Shown here one piece after another: positions 28,431 to 38,224 of a stretch of 64,000 bases of DNA (its first letter is position 1; every line of letters starts with the position of its first letter). The position numbers were made by a program, and so were the translations under genes. The notes beneath the pieces are model-generated. The model was not told the origin of the DNA. It made no database searches and saw only the letters and a program-made list of their open reading frames with translations. Origin of the DNA: Candidatus Kaiserbacteria bacterium (GTDB lineage Bacteria; Patescibacteriota; Minisyncoccia; Phycocordibacterales; Phycocordibacteraceae); the NCBI GenBank assembly GCA_963813065.1, contig CAWEXP010000010.1, forward strand, positions 7,276 through 71,275, given 5' to 3'.

Positions 28431-28913
28431 ATGGCTCGAAATGAGGATGTTATAGAGGTTGAGGACACCGCCGAGGAAGGTGGCGCGCCGCGCGTCTACG
28501 AGCTCGGCTTCCACCTCGACCCGGAGCTCCCCTCCGAGGAGGTGAAGAAGACCTACCAGGCGCTCCGTGCCGCCATCGTGGCCCAGGGTGCTCTGGTTGC
28601 CGAGGGTGAGCCGGAGAAGGTTCCGCTCGCCTACACCATTTCCCGCCAGGAGCCGACCGGTCGTCGCGATTTCGATTCCGCATACTTCGCCTGGATTGCG
28701 TACGAAACCTCTGCCGCCAATCACGCCGAGGTGCTCTCTGCCGCAAATGCCGACCAGCGCATCATCCGTTTCGTCGACCTCGTGACGACGAAAGACGCCG
28801 CCCGCCACGCCGCCGAGATGCACGAGCTCTCGGTCAAGGTCCCTGCGCCGGTTGAAGTGGCCGATGCTACCGATGTCGAGCTCGACGCCGCGCTCGAACA
28901 CGTCGCCGTCTAA
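28431..28913 (+). CDS. rpsF: 30S ribosomal protein S6
   Basis: VYELGFHL.P, LAYTI, AYFAWI, IIRF; rpsF-ssb-rpsR order. Confidence 0.85.
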   Translation: MARNEDVIEVEDTAEEGGAPRVYELGFHLDPELPSEEVKKTYQALRAAIVAQGALVAEGEPEKVPLAYTISRQEPTGRRDFDSAYFAWIAYETSAANHAEVLSAANADQRIIRFVDLVTTKDAARHAAEMHELSVKVPAPVEVADATDVELDAALEHVAV

Positions 28914-28925
28914 CTTTTCTCTCCT

Positions 28926-29382
28926 ATGTACCTCAACAAAGTAATGCTCTACGGCAATCTCACCCGCGACCCGGAGCTCAAGGCGCTTCCCTCGGGCTCT
29001 AACGTTGCCACCTTTGGTGTCGCGACCAACCGTACCTACAAGGACAAGAACGGCGCGAAGCAGGAAGTCGACCGAGTTCCACAATGTCGTCGCCTTCGGT
29101 CGCACGGCCGAGGTCATCGGCCAGTACTTCAAGAAGGGCCGCCCGATTTTCGTTGAGGGTCGCCTCCAGACGCGGTCGTGGGATGATAAAGAAACTGGCA
29201 AGAAAAATTATCGCACCGAGATTGTGCTCGAGAACTTCCAGTTCGGCGCCGATGGCGGGAAGGGGAGCACGGGTGGTGCGAGCATGGGTGGCTCCTCGCG
29301 TGAGGAACAGCCGGCACCGAAGAGTGACGAGGAGATTAAGTATCCCGACGAAGAAATCAATCCTGAAGATATACCTTTTTAA
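28926..29382 (+). CDS. ssb: Single-stranded DNA-binding protein (one apparent frameshift near 29067)
   Basis: LNKVMLYGNLTRDPELK, EFHNVVAFG, VEGRLQTRSW, C-terminal EDIPF. Confidence 0.95.
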
Positions 29383-29413
29383 TTTACATTTTTAAACATT
29401 TAAATATTCAAGT

Positions 29414-29621
29414 ATGGCACACCAAGCTGAACGCGAAGAGATTGAGATCAAGAAATTTATCGACTACAAAGATGTCGGGTATTTGAAGCTGTTCACCAAC
29501 CCGCACGCCAAGATGCCTCTCTAAGCGCCGCACGGGTATGCCGGCACTCAAACAACGCGAAATCGCCAACGCCATCAAGCGCGCGCGCTACATGGCGCTC
29601 CTGCCGTACGTGCAGGCGTAA
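29414..29621 (+). CDS. rpsR: 30S ribosomal protein S18 (one apparent frameshift near 29516)
   Basis: IDYKDV..LK.F, then in shifted frame KRRTG...QREIANAIKRARYMALLPY. Confidence 0.9.
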
Positions 29622-29703
29622 CTTGCTTTTCTAAATCGTCAGTGGTATAAACGATAGCGGAAACGGACACACGAACGTGTCCGTAGCAGGGAAGGGAATT
29701 CCC

Positions 29704-29886
29704 ATGTCGATAAAAAATAGAACCCCTGTACGAGTATCTCCGAGTGGCACCGCGCTTGCTTTCACATTGACGGGCGTCGCGTTTGCTGCTCTTATCGGGC
29801 TTTTCATCGCCAACACAATCCACAACCCGACGGCCGCAGAGACTGCGAACATGCACCAAGTGTTCGACTCACAGAACCACAAATAA
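29704..29886 (+). CDS. Small single-TM protein
   Basis: Hydrophobic segment, purine-rich RBS region, downstream hairpin. Confidence 0.5.
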   Translation: MSIKNRTPVRVSPSGTALAFTLTGVAFAALIGLFIANTIHNPTAAETANMHQVFDSQNHK

Positions 29887-29966
29887 TTTCGCCTCCATCG
29901 GCGCGCCCGCCACTCCGGCGGGCTTTTTATTTCCCTCATACAAAAGGCTCGTGATACAGTGAAAAG

Positions 29967-30272
29967 ATGAAGACCGTCTATTTCGTGCGACACGGACAGA
30001 GCGAGGCCAATGCCAGTCAGGGACTTCAATGGCCGGAGTCGCCGCTCACCGAACAGGGAAGGAGCGAAGCTCGTGCCGTGGCGGAGCGTGCTCAGAAGCT
30101 CCCGGTCGAAGCTATTGTTGCGAGCCCGTATGCGCGGGCAAAAGAAACTGCCGAGATAATCGGAGGAAAAATCGGTATGCCCGTGGAATTCTCTGAACTA
30201 TTCGTCGAGCGCGTGAAGCCCAGTAGCTTGAAAGAGCGGCCACACGACGATCCTGATGCCCGGAACATATGA
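29967..30272 (+). pseudogene. Truncated histidine phosphatase family protein
   Basis: VYFVRHGQS, LTEQG, IVASPYARAKETA present, but only 101 aa before running into convergent efp. Confidence 0.6.
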
Positions 30273-30305
30273 TGGTGTGGAATGACCACGCGCACCTCGG
30301 TTGAT

Positions 30306-30882
30306 TTATCCCTTCGCGACGCGCTCGACGTAATCGCCGGTATCCGTATTTATTCTGATAGTGTCGCCCGCGTTGATGAAAAGGGGGACGTTCGCGGTTG
30401 CGCCCGAGGCGAGCGTGACCTGCTTGTTGCCACCGGTGGCGGTGTCGCCCTTGATTGAGGGCGGTGCCTCGGTGACTTTCAAATCCATTTTCACCGGGAT
30501 CTGGACCGTAATCGGCTTCTCCTGGTAGGTCGTGATTTCGACGGGCGAGTTCTGCACGAGCCACTGCACTTTGTCATGCACGGCGTCTTCGGGGAATGCG
30601 AAGCGGTTCTTGGCGTTGCCTTCTTCGGCGAACCAGCTCTCGCCGCGGTTGGTGTAGAGGTACATCGCGTTCATCTCGCCGACATCCGCTTCATCGACGC
30701 CTCTCGTTCTGGTGGAAGGAGATCTCGGTCACGCGGCCGCTGATCAGGTGGCGAAGTTTGGTCTGGTTCACCGGCTTACGCATCTGCATGCGGAAAATGT
30801 GCGAGGAAAGCACCTCGTAGGGCTCATTATTATATTCGATAACTTTTTTCGGAAGGATTTCGTTGTATGAGAGGACGGCCAT
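30306..30882 (-). CDS. efp: Elongation factor P (apparent frameshift near 30700)
   Basis: EPYEVL...KPVNQTKLR.L.SG, TEAPPSIKGDTATGGNK, VPLFINAGD.IRINT..GDYVERV. Confidence 0.92.
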
Positions 30883-30991
30883 AGTAGGGAAACTAAAAAC
30901 GGCGCGCGGAGGTTCTAATGCTTGTCCGGCGCCGGCTAAAGCCCCGAGGGGCTCGCCCATCAAAGGGACGTAGCGTATGATAGCTGAAACC

Positions 30992-31585
30992 ATGACTTTT
31001 TCAAGTCTTTCTAAAGATACCGAGGACCGGGGCTCCCTTTCTGATGCCCAGGTGCTGGCGCGGAGTCGACAGGAGCCCGAGCTTTTCGCGCTCCTCGTGC
31101 GACGCTATGAGGCGCCCTTCTTGCGCCGTGCCCGCGCTATTGTCCGGAGCCAGGAGGATGCCGAAGAGATTGTGCAGGACGCCTTCACCAAAATCTACCT
31201 CTATGCTGATCGCTATCATCCACAAGAGGGCGCGACCTTCGCCTCCTGGGCCTACATGATTCTGAATCGCGTCGCATACACCAAATATAGTAAGAATCGC
31301 GACCGCTATAGCGAGATGGTTGAGCTTGAGCCCGAGCATTACGAATCACTCCCCGATGCGCGCGCCGAGTTCCTCGAAGACTTGTCGATACGCAATGAAG
31401 TTATCTCCGCGCTCGCAGAGCTCCCCGAAACGGCGGCCAAGATTCTTCGGTTACAATTCATCGAGGGGAAGACACAAGAAGAAATCGCCGCGAGCGAAAA
31501 TCTCTCGGTCCCCGCAGTGAAGACGCGCGTGCATCGTGCCAAGAAACTTTTCAAGCACGTATTCGATACCCAAAAATATGAATGA
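30992..31585 (+). CDS. ECF-type RNA polymerase sigma factor
   Basis: DAEEIVQDAF.KIY, FASWAY.I..., EEIA........VKTRVHRAKK. Confidence 0.92.
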   Translation: MTFSSLSKDTEDRGSLSDAQVLARSRQEPELFALLVRRYEAPFLRRARAIVRSQEDAEEIVQDAFTKIYLYADRYHPQEGATFASWAYMILNRVAYTKYSKNRDRYSEMVELEPEHYESLPDARAEFLEDLSIRNEVISALAELPETAAKILRLQFIEGKTQEEIAASENLSVPAVKTRVHRAKKLFKHVFDTQKYE

Positions 31586-31889
31586 TGAAACCAATGTCGA
31601 AAAAATAGTAATGCGCCGCGTGCGCAGGATTTCACTGCTCCGTATCCTTATCTCCGGCGGCATCTTCGCGCTCGCCCTTGCGCTCCTTGCGCTCTACGGC
31701 ATCGGACGGGAAGTGTGGGTCGCGATGATCTTCCGCAATGGTCCGCAGGACTTCTTCGGCCACACGCTCTACCTCGTCTACGCCTTCGAGCACACCCGCC
31801 TCGTTGTCCAGGGGCTTATCCTCGTTTGCCTCATCTCCCTCATCTACCTCGCACGCGAAATCGCGCGACTGCTCACACAAAACTTCTGA
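31578..31889 (+). CDS. Two-TM protein, possible anti-sigma factor
   Basis: Overlaps the sigma gene stop; two hydrophobic helices. Confidence 0.65.
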   Translation: MNDETNVEKIVMRRVRRISLLRILISGGIFALALALLALYGIGREVWVAMIFRNGPQDFFGHTLYLVYAFEHTRLVVQGLILVCLISLIYLAREIARLLTQNF

Positions 31890-31965
31890 GGCGTCGCCCT
31901 AGAAGTTACTTGTGTCTTAAACTCACTTAGAGTAAGGTCTGTGACGGAAAGTAAGGGAGTGTGCT

Positions 31966-32253
31966 ATGACAAAAGTTCGGAAACGCCACTGCAAATCCTT
32001 TACGGAACTCGATAAACTTATCCGTAATGACGCGCACGATGGATGGTGGTATGTGACCATACACATAAAAGGCAGGAAAGGCGCATATTGGGGAAGATCA
32101 GTGGCCAAGAGTAAACTGGATGGCACGCTCAAATTTCCTCTTTGGGGTGACCCTTACTTTGAAAGGGGACAAATAGCACAGCTAGCAACTGAATTTGCCT
32201 TTAATTTTCAGACTCCCCCTAAGCTGAAAAAGATTGTGGCGTGGAAAATATAA
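31966..32253 (+). CDS. Hypothetical basic protein, AT-richer than its neighbours
   Basis: ORF with RBS AAGGGAG. Confidence 0.55.
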   Translation: MTKVRKRHCKSFTELDKLIRNDAHDGWWYVTIHIKGRKGAYWGRSVAKSKLDGTLKFPLWGDPYFERGQIAQLATEFAFNFQTPPKLKKIVAWKI

Positions 32254-32426
32254 AAGCATCCAACCTCTTGCAACATCCGCATCGTCCGACTTTCTCGGCC
32301 GGTGCGGATTTTATATCAACGTAAACGCCACGGTGCTGGACTTTGCGATAAGTTAGGACATCGAATGTCCTAGTTTTGTTTTAGTGCTAGATAAGAAAAA
32401 CGCCGGGGATACCCGGCGCTCGGTGT

Positions 32427-32732
32427 TCACTTGTCGACGAGGCGATCGATAAGGAGCTGGAAGGCATCACTCATACCTTCATATTTTGCTTCGGCAGCCG
32501 CCAGTCGTGCTTCCAAGTCTGCGATGTCTTCTTTGTCGGCCTGCTCGTTTATTATTGCTTGAATGGACTTCCCTTCAAGTTCGCGAACGGTCGCCTTGAT
32601 GCCGGGTATTTCGGCCTCATACTGTTTCAGTTGACCAGCGACTTGGTCGCGCGCGTCCGAAACTTCTTGCAGACTGCGCTGTAAATCCTCAATCCGCGCC
32701 TCGAGAATAGTCACAGCTTTAATTTTGGCCAT
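32427..32732 (-). CDS. Hypothetical coiled-coil protein
   Basis: Heptad-like composition; RBS AAGGAGG. Confidence 0.65.
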   Translation of the reverse strand: MAKIKAVTILEARIEDLQRSLQEVSDARDQVAGQLKQYEAEIPGIKATVRELEGKSIQAIINEQADKEDIADLEARLAAAEAKYEGMSDAFQLLIDRLVDK

Positions 32733-32800
32733 GGGGCCCTCCTTTGCCGACTCACCATCGAGTCTGGAGGGAATCTACACTCGAACCACTGTTTCGTCAA

Positions 32801-33352
32801 TTAAATCAGTGTAAAGGCGACCGCAGAGGACATCGCGGTGTACGAGCCGATGATGAGCGACTTGGCGAGAATCTCGTTCACGCCCGGGAAGTTATTGAAG
32901 AGGAAGAGGCCGAGGAGCTGGACCAGGAGCGCGATGAGGTAGAGGTAGCCGACCTTGCCGAGGATGTAGGGCAGGGGATTCGTCTTCTTGATGACATCCT
33001 TGTCATTTTTATAAATCAACAAGCCGGTGATAAGGATGATGAAGAAGAGGATGCCGAAGATATTCGGCCACGGCAATTTATTCGCGAGGGCGACCGAGTT
33101 GCCGAGCGCCTGGCCGAGACCGACGCCGAGGAACGCGCCCGCCGCGCCGCGCGCGAGCTCGAGCACGTGCGAGCGCTTGATCGCGAGCGAGCCGATGGTG
33201 AGCAATTCTTTGTCGACTTTTTCTTCTTCCTTTTCCATCTTCTCGACCTGCTCCTCTTCTTTGTCGACGAGCCTCGAGAGGTGCTCCTCGATCTTCTCGA
33301 CCTTGTCGAGCTTCGTGTTGATGTCTTCGAGATTGTCAGCGATGCCGGCCAT
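32801..33352 (-). CDS. Membrane protein with N-terminal coiled coil, downstream of recA
   Basis: Charged N-terminus followed by four TM helices. Confidence 0.75.
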   Translation of the reverse strand: MAGIADNLEDINTKLDKVEKIEEHLSRLVDKEEEQVEKMEKEEEKVDKELLTIGSLAIKRSHVLELARGAAGAFLGVGLGQALGNSVALANKLPWPNIFGILFFIILITGLLIYKNDKDVIKKTNPLPYILGKVGYLYLIALLVQLLGLFLFNNFPGVNEILAKSLIIGSYTAMSSAVAFTLI

Positions 33353-33353
33353 A

Positions 33354-34403
33354 CTATTCCGCCAGCTTCTCCTTGATGCCCTTCAAGAGTTCGGTCGCCA
33401 CCGGCTTGTTGTCGCGGAGGAAGGTGCGCGTCGCGTCATAGCCGACGCCGAGCTTCGTCGTGCCGAACTTGTAGGTCGCACCACTCTTCTCCACCAGGCC
33501 AAACTTCTCCCCGAGCGCGATAAGCTCGCCCTCGCGGCTGATGCCCTCGTTGTAGAGGAGGTCGAACTCGGTCGTCTTGAAGGGTGCGGCGACTTTATTC
33601 TTGACCACCTTGACCCGCGTGCGGCCGCCGACGACTTCTTCACCTTTTTTGATTGAGGCGATGCGGCGAATGTCGAGGCGCACTGAGGTATAGAACTTGA
33701 GCGCCTTGCCGCCCGGCGTTGTCTCGGGGTTGCCGAACATCACGCCGATCTGCATGCGAATCTGGTTAATGAAAATGACAATCGTCTTACTGCGCGAGAC
33801 AATCGCGGTGAGTTTGCGGAGTGCTTGGCTCATCAGGCGCGCCTGCTTGCCGACGTGCTGTTGGCCCATCTCGCCCTCGATTTCATCTTTGGGGGTGAGC
33901 GCGGCGACGGAGTCGACGACGATGACATCCACATTGCCACTGCGCACCAGCGACTCGACAATATCCAATGCCTGCTCGCCCGTGTCAGGCTGAGAAATCA
34001 AAAGTTCTTGCAGTTTGACCCCAATGCGGCGCGCATACTCTGGATCGAGCGCGTGCTCGGCGTCGACGAAGGCCGCGATGCCGCCCGCCTTTTGCGCCTC
34101 GGCAATCACGTGGAGTGCCAGCGTCGTCTTGCCCGATGATTCAGGGCCAAAAATTTCTATGATGCGCCCGCAGGGGAGCCCGTCGACGCCGAGAATGGCA
34201 TCGAGCCCGATCGAGCCGGTGTGGATAGAGGGGATCTTGGCCTGCTTGCCGCCCGAGAGGGTGGTGATGGCGTCGTCGCCAAACTTGGTGCGAATCTCCT
34301 TCAGCGCCTGATCAATCGACTTCTGTCGCTCGCCCTTGTCGGTCGTCGCGGCCGTGAGCGTCTTGAGCACTTTTTCTTTTTTTGGTTTGCCGAATCCTGC
34401 CAT
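33354..34403 (-). CDS. recA: Recombinase A
   Basis: [43 protein letters not shown]. Confidence 0.99.
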   Translation of the reverse strand: MAGFGKPKKEKVLKTLTAATTDKGERQKSIDQALKEIRTKFGDDAITTLSGGKQAKIPSIHTGSIGLDAILGVDGLPCGRIIEIFGPESSGKTTLALHVIAEAQKAGGIAAFVDAEHALDPEYARRIGVKLQELLISQPDTGEQALDIVESLVRSGNVDVIVVDSVAALTPKDEIEGEMGQQHVGKQARLMSQALRKLTAIVSRSKTIVIFINQIRMQIGVMFGNPETTPGGKALKFYTSVRLDIRRIASIKKGEEVVGGRTRVKVVKNKVAAPFKTTEFDLLYNEGISREGELIALGEKFGLVEKSGATYKFGTTKLGVGYDATRTFLRDNKPVATELLKGIKEKLAE

Positions 34404-34405
34404 AA

Positions 34406-34729
34406 TTATTTTACAAAAATGTCGCGAGTAAGAGTTACTGAGCGGCCGAAGCGATCGGTCGCTACGAAGGTAAGTATAGAGCCTCCCGAGGGGAATGTCA
34501 GAGTTGCGGAGAAGTCACCTTGCTGGTCTGGTAAGAGGGTCGCGCCGTCGAGGGTGAGCGAGGCGGTACGGAGCGCGCGACCCTCTACATCGAGAATCCC
34601 GCCCGGCACGCTCGCGCCTTCAATCGGCGAGCTGATCTGGAGCGATGGCCCGGCGACGAGTGGCCACGCCTCGAACGCGCCGTATCCCACCAAGAGCACC
34701 AGCACGACCGTGATGAGGTATTTGGTCAT
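34406..34729 (-). CDS. Small membrane-anchored Ig-like protein
   Basis: TM helix then GPSLQISSP...ATDRFG beta-rich segment. Confidence 0.7.
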   Translation of the reverse strand: MTKYLITVVLVLLVGYGAFEAWPLVAGPSLQISSPIEGASVPGGILDVEGRALRTASLTLDGATLLPDQQGDFSATLTFPSGGSILTFVATDRFGRSVTLTRDIFVK

Positions 34730-34732
34730 TAC

Positions 34733-36925
34733 CTAAAACTCCGTATCGCCTTCTTCTTCAGGAGTGGGGGAGGAAGAGCCAGAGCGAGAGAGCACTTCGC
34801 GCGGTTTACTGCCGTCGGCGGGGCCGATGACACCGCGAGATTCGAGTACATCCATCAGGCGCGCGGCGCGTGAGTAGCCAATTTTTAATTTGCGTTGCAG
34901 GTAGGAGGTAGAGGCCCGGCCGGCTTCCTCCACAAACACTTTCGCTTCGGCATAGAGGTCATCGTCGATTTCTTCGTCATCGCTCATGTTCGCGAGGCCG
35001 ATGGTGTCGCCCATATCGTTCGAAACAATACCGGTGCCGCCCATATCGATGGCCGAGAGGTTGCCCGCGTTATGGCTCTTTATATAGTGTGCGACTTTCT
35101 TCACCTCATTTTCAGAAATGAATGCGGTCTGGAGGCGGACCGGTTTCTGCATATCGCTCGAGAGATAGAGCATGTCGCCGGCGCCCAGCAGGGTCTCGGC
35201 GCCCGAGCCGTCGAGGATGGTGCGCGAGTCGATTTGCGAGGCGACCTGGAGCGCCATGCGCGTCGGGACGTTCGCCTTGATGAGGCCGGTGATGACATTG
35301 ACCGAGGGGCGCTGGGTCGAGAGCACCAGGTGGATGCCCACCGCGCGGCTCATCTGCGCGAGGCGGACGATCGAGGCCTCGAGCTCGCGCGGGTAGCTGG
35401 TCATAATGTCCGCGAGTTCGTCGATGACGATGACGATGAAAGGCATGGTCTCGGGTTGATCCTCACCCTTGCGCTTCTTCGCGGGCTCGACGACGGTGGT
35501 GTGATAGGAGTCGATATCGCGCACGCCCTCGGCCTCGAGAATATTGTAGCGACGTTCCATTTCCTTCGCCGCCCACTTGAGCGAGAGGATTGTTTTCTTC
35601 GGGTCGGTGATGACGGGCGTGAGGAGGTGCGGGATGCCGTTGTAAGCGGTGAGCTCGACGCGCTTCGGATCGATCATGATGAAGCGGAGCTGATCGGGGC
35701 CATTACGGTAAAGGAGGGAGGCGATGATGGCATGGATGGCGACTGACTTGCCCGAGCCGGTGGCACCAGCGACGAGTGCGTGCGGCGCCTTGCCGAGATT
35801 CACGAAGTGCGGCAAGCCCGTGATGTCGCGGCCGAGCGCGGCGAGGAGCGGCTTCTTATTGTCGCGCCACTCGTTCGTGGCGAGGATGCCGCCGAGGCCA
35901 ACGGTCGCTTTGGTCGTGTTCGGGACCTCGATGCCGACGAGCGACTTGCCCGGTATCGGCGCTTCGATGCGCACGGGGTGCGCGGCAAGTGCGAGTTCGA
36001 GATTACCCTGGAGCGAAACAATTTTAGAAAGGCGCACGCCCTCGGCGGGCTTCACGGCGTAGCGGCTGACGGTGGGGCCCACCGAGACTTCGTCCATTTC
36101 GACATTGATGCCGAAGTTCTGGAAGGTGCGTTTGATGATATTGGCATTTGCCTTGATGTCGCCGACGCCCGGCTTGCCCTTGTCCTCGCTCAAGATCGAG
36201 AGGGGAGGCGGATCATATTCAGAATCGAATTCGGGAATGCTCGAACGTGTCGAATGGGCGGGCGCGCTATTGAAGACATTCACCGTCGGTTCCTGTTCTG
36301 CGCCCGCTACTTCTTCTAGATTTTCTTCAAGCGGTTCTTCGGGGATGCCGACAACCTCGACCTCCTCATCCTCTTCGATAAAATCTTCTTCAGACGGCGT
36401 GAGTCGTGCGACGCCCCAGCCCCAGACCGCGCGTGCCCAGTGTGCGACTGCTTCCGCGATTGCTTCGATGTCGCTCGCGAGTGCGAATCCGATGGCGAGC
36501 ACGGCAATCAGGAGAACGAATGCGCCCCAGAAGCCGAAGAAACCGGCGAGTGCGCCGCCGAGCCACTGACCAACCTGCCCACCGAAGGTCGCACTCGGGA
36601 AGAGTCCGGCGAAAGCGAGTACACCCGCGAGCATAATAAGGACACCTGAAGCGGTCAGCGCCTCGATGACCGGATAGCCGAAGCCCGCGTAGATGCCAAG
36701 GATGATCAGGGCAATGGGAATACCGAATGCGCCGATGCCAACAATCGTGTATGCAAGAGCGAAGACCGTGCTCCCGACGGGCCCTGCGTTGCCGACCGCG
36801 GCAAGCGCGAGGAGGACACCGGCGGCGAGGAAGACGACGGCACTCGACCAGCGAATCAGCGCATCGTACCCCTCGACCGCGGCCTCTTTCGAAGACGCTT
36901 TACGTTTATTCGGTGCCTTGCTCAT
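34733..36925 (-). CDS. ftsK: DNA translocase FtsK/SpoIIIE
   Basis: N-terminal TMs, PHALVAGATGSGKS, IDELAD, STQRPSV, gamma domain LQRKLKIGYSRAARL. Confidence 0.97.
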   Translation of the reverse strand: MSKAPNKRKASSKEAAVEGYDALIRWSSAVVFLAAGVLLALAAVGNAGPVGSTVFALAYTIVGIGAFGIPIALIILGIYAGFGYPVIEALTASGVLIMLAGVLAFAGLFPSATFGGQVGQWLGGALAGFFGFWGAFVLLIAVLAIGFALASDIEAIAEAVAHWARAVWGWGVARLTPSEEDFIEEDEEVEVVGIPEEPLEENLEEVAGAEQEPTVNVFNSAPAHSTRSSIPEFDSEYDPPPLSILSEDKGKPGVGDIKANANIIKRTFQNFGINVEMDEVSVGPTVSRYAVKPAEGVRLSKIVSLQGNLELALAAHPVRIEAPIPGKSLVGIEVPNTTKATVGLGGILATNEWRDNKKPLLAALGRDITGLPHFVNLGKAPHALVAGATGSGKSVAIHAIIASLLYRNGPDQLRFIMIDPKRVELTAYNGIPHLLTPVITDPKKTILSLKWAAKEMERRYNILEAEGVRDIDSYHTTVVEPAKKRKGEDQPETMPFIVIVIDELADIMTSYPRELEASIVRLAQMSRAVGIHLVLSTQRPSVNVITGLIKANVPTRMALQVASQIDSRTILDGSGAETLLGAGDMLYLSSDMQKPVRLQTAFISENEVKKVAHYIKSHNAGNLSAIDMGGTGIVSNDMGDTIGLANMSDDEEIDDDLYAEAKVFVEEAGRASTSYLQRKLKIGYSRAARLMDVLESRGVIGPADGSKPREVLSRSGSSSPTPEEEGDTEF

Positions 36926-37020
36926 AGAAGTATGCAGACATTGTATCACTCAAAAAATGTAGACGCAGATACGCACTTGCGCGGGGCCGCCAGCGTCCTA
37001 TACTGTCCAATACAAGCATC

Positions 37021-37776
37021 ATGGACACGCAAGAAAATAAAGGACAAGAAAAGAATCTTGCTACGACCAATAGTCGAACCAAGTATGCTCATATAGAAGA
37101 TTTTGTCTTAGAAAAAAGCATATTCTCCAACGTTTTCGAAAAGGACATACAGAGAGTCTATATCTATAAAAAGACCGAGAGATTGGCCAAAGCGATCCAT
37201 CTCGTCTCGCCGGCGTTTGCCGATGCGGTGTCGCTCAAGAACCGTCTCGACGCCGTCGCAGTCGGACTCATCGACGCAGGGACGCTCTCCTCCGCACTCG
37301 CCCGCACCGCACTCGCGCGTGAACTCTTGGCACTCTCGAGCATCCTCGGTGTGGCACGTGCGAGCGGGATGCTCTCGATCATGAACGTCGAACTTATCTC
37401 GCGAGAAGCCCAGCTTCTCCTCCAAGAAGTGGCCGCCTACGAGGAGCCGCGCATCTTCCTCGAAGATGCGCCAACTCTCGCTCAGATGATGAAGCATGCG
37501 CCACTTTCTGCGCCGGCGCATCCGCCAGCTCGGGCACGCTCAGCCTCAGCACGAATACCTCATAAAGGACAAATAAAGGACAGCGGCACCAGTAATCGCC
37601 AAGAAACTATTCTATCGGTCATAAAGGACAAGAAGAATGCCGGTATAAAGGACATTTCGACGCGCTTGCCTCAACTGAGCGAGAAGACCATCCAACGCGA
37701 GCTCCAAGCGCTCGTGGGGCAGGGGATTGTTCGTAAAAGTGGTGAGCGACGTTGGAGTACCTATTCTATTGTCTGA
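37021..37776 (+). CDS. Protein with C-terminal DeoR-like winged HTH
   Basis: RQETILSVIK...IKDI.....SEKTIQRELQALV..G.V.K.GERRWSTY. Confidence 0.8.
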   Translation: MDTQENKGQEKNLATTNSRTKYAHIEDFVLEKSIFSNVFEKDIQRVYIYKKTERLAKAIHLVSPAFADAVSLKNRLDAVAVGLIDAGTLSSALARTALARELLALSSILGVARASGMLSIMNVELISREAQLLLQEVAAYEEPRIFLEDAPTLAQMMKHAPLSAPAHPPARARSASARIPHKGQIKDSGTSNRQETILSVIKDKKNAGIKDISTRLPQLSEKTIQRELQALVGQGIVRKSGERRWSTYSIV

Positions 37777-38224
37777 GCCCTCGAGTGCGTTGACTTAGGG
37801 GGTCGTAACTGCTAGTATGTCTGTGTGGTAGCGACTCGGGGATAGCTAAACAAAGGAAGGCCGGCAACGGTCATTTTTGCGTTTCTATTCTCGACAAGGT
37901 TATCCACACGCATGATAGGAAATAGCTTGTTGTTCCGCTATACTCTTCTATGAGTCCTAGCGGAAAAATTTTCCTAGGGCGGGTCTTTGATAATTGAATA
38001 GCGACCCTGAAAAGTCGCAGAACCCTTACCAACTAGCCCATGGCAGGCAGGTCGATACCGCCTGCTGTGGGATAGTGTGAAAGTGCGCGTGCACTCAAAT
38101 CAAATTGCTTACCTGCAAATGGAGCGAATCAAAATGAAAGTAATCTTTTGTTTTGATGAGCGAAATGCCGCAGGCAAGTCGAACTTGGACTTATTATGTG
38201 CGCTTAAAAATCCTTACTAACGTT

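Noticed and set aside
28926-30882. Frameshifts in ssb, rpsR and efp (also dcd, the surface protein, both glycosyltransferases, RT and DGR target 1) as pseudogenes or programmed frameshifts
   Set aside because: Single-base indels are scattered over essential genes with no shared slippery motif, so uncorrected assembly errors are the simplest explanation.
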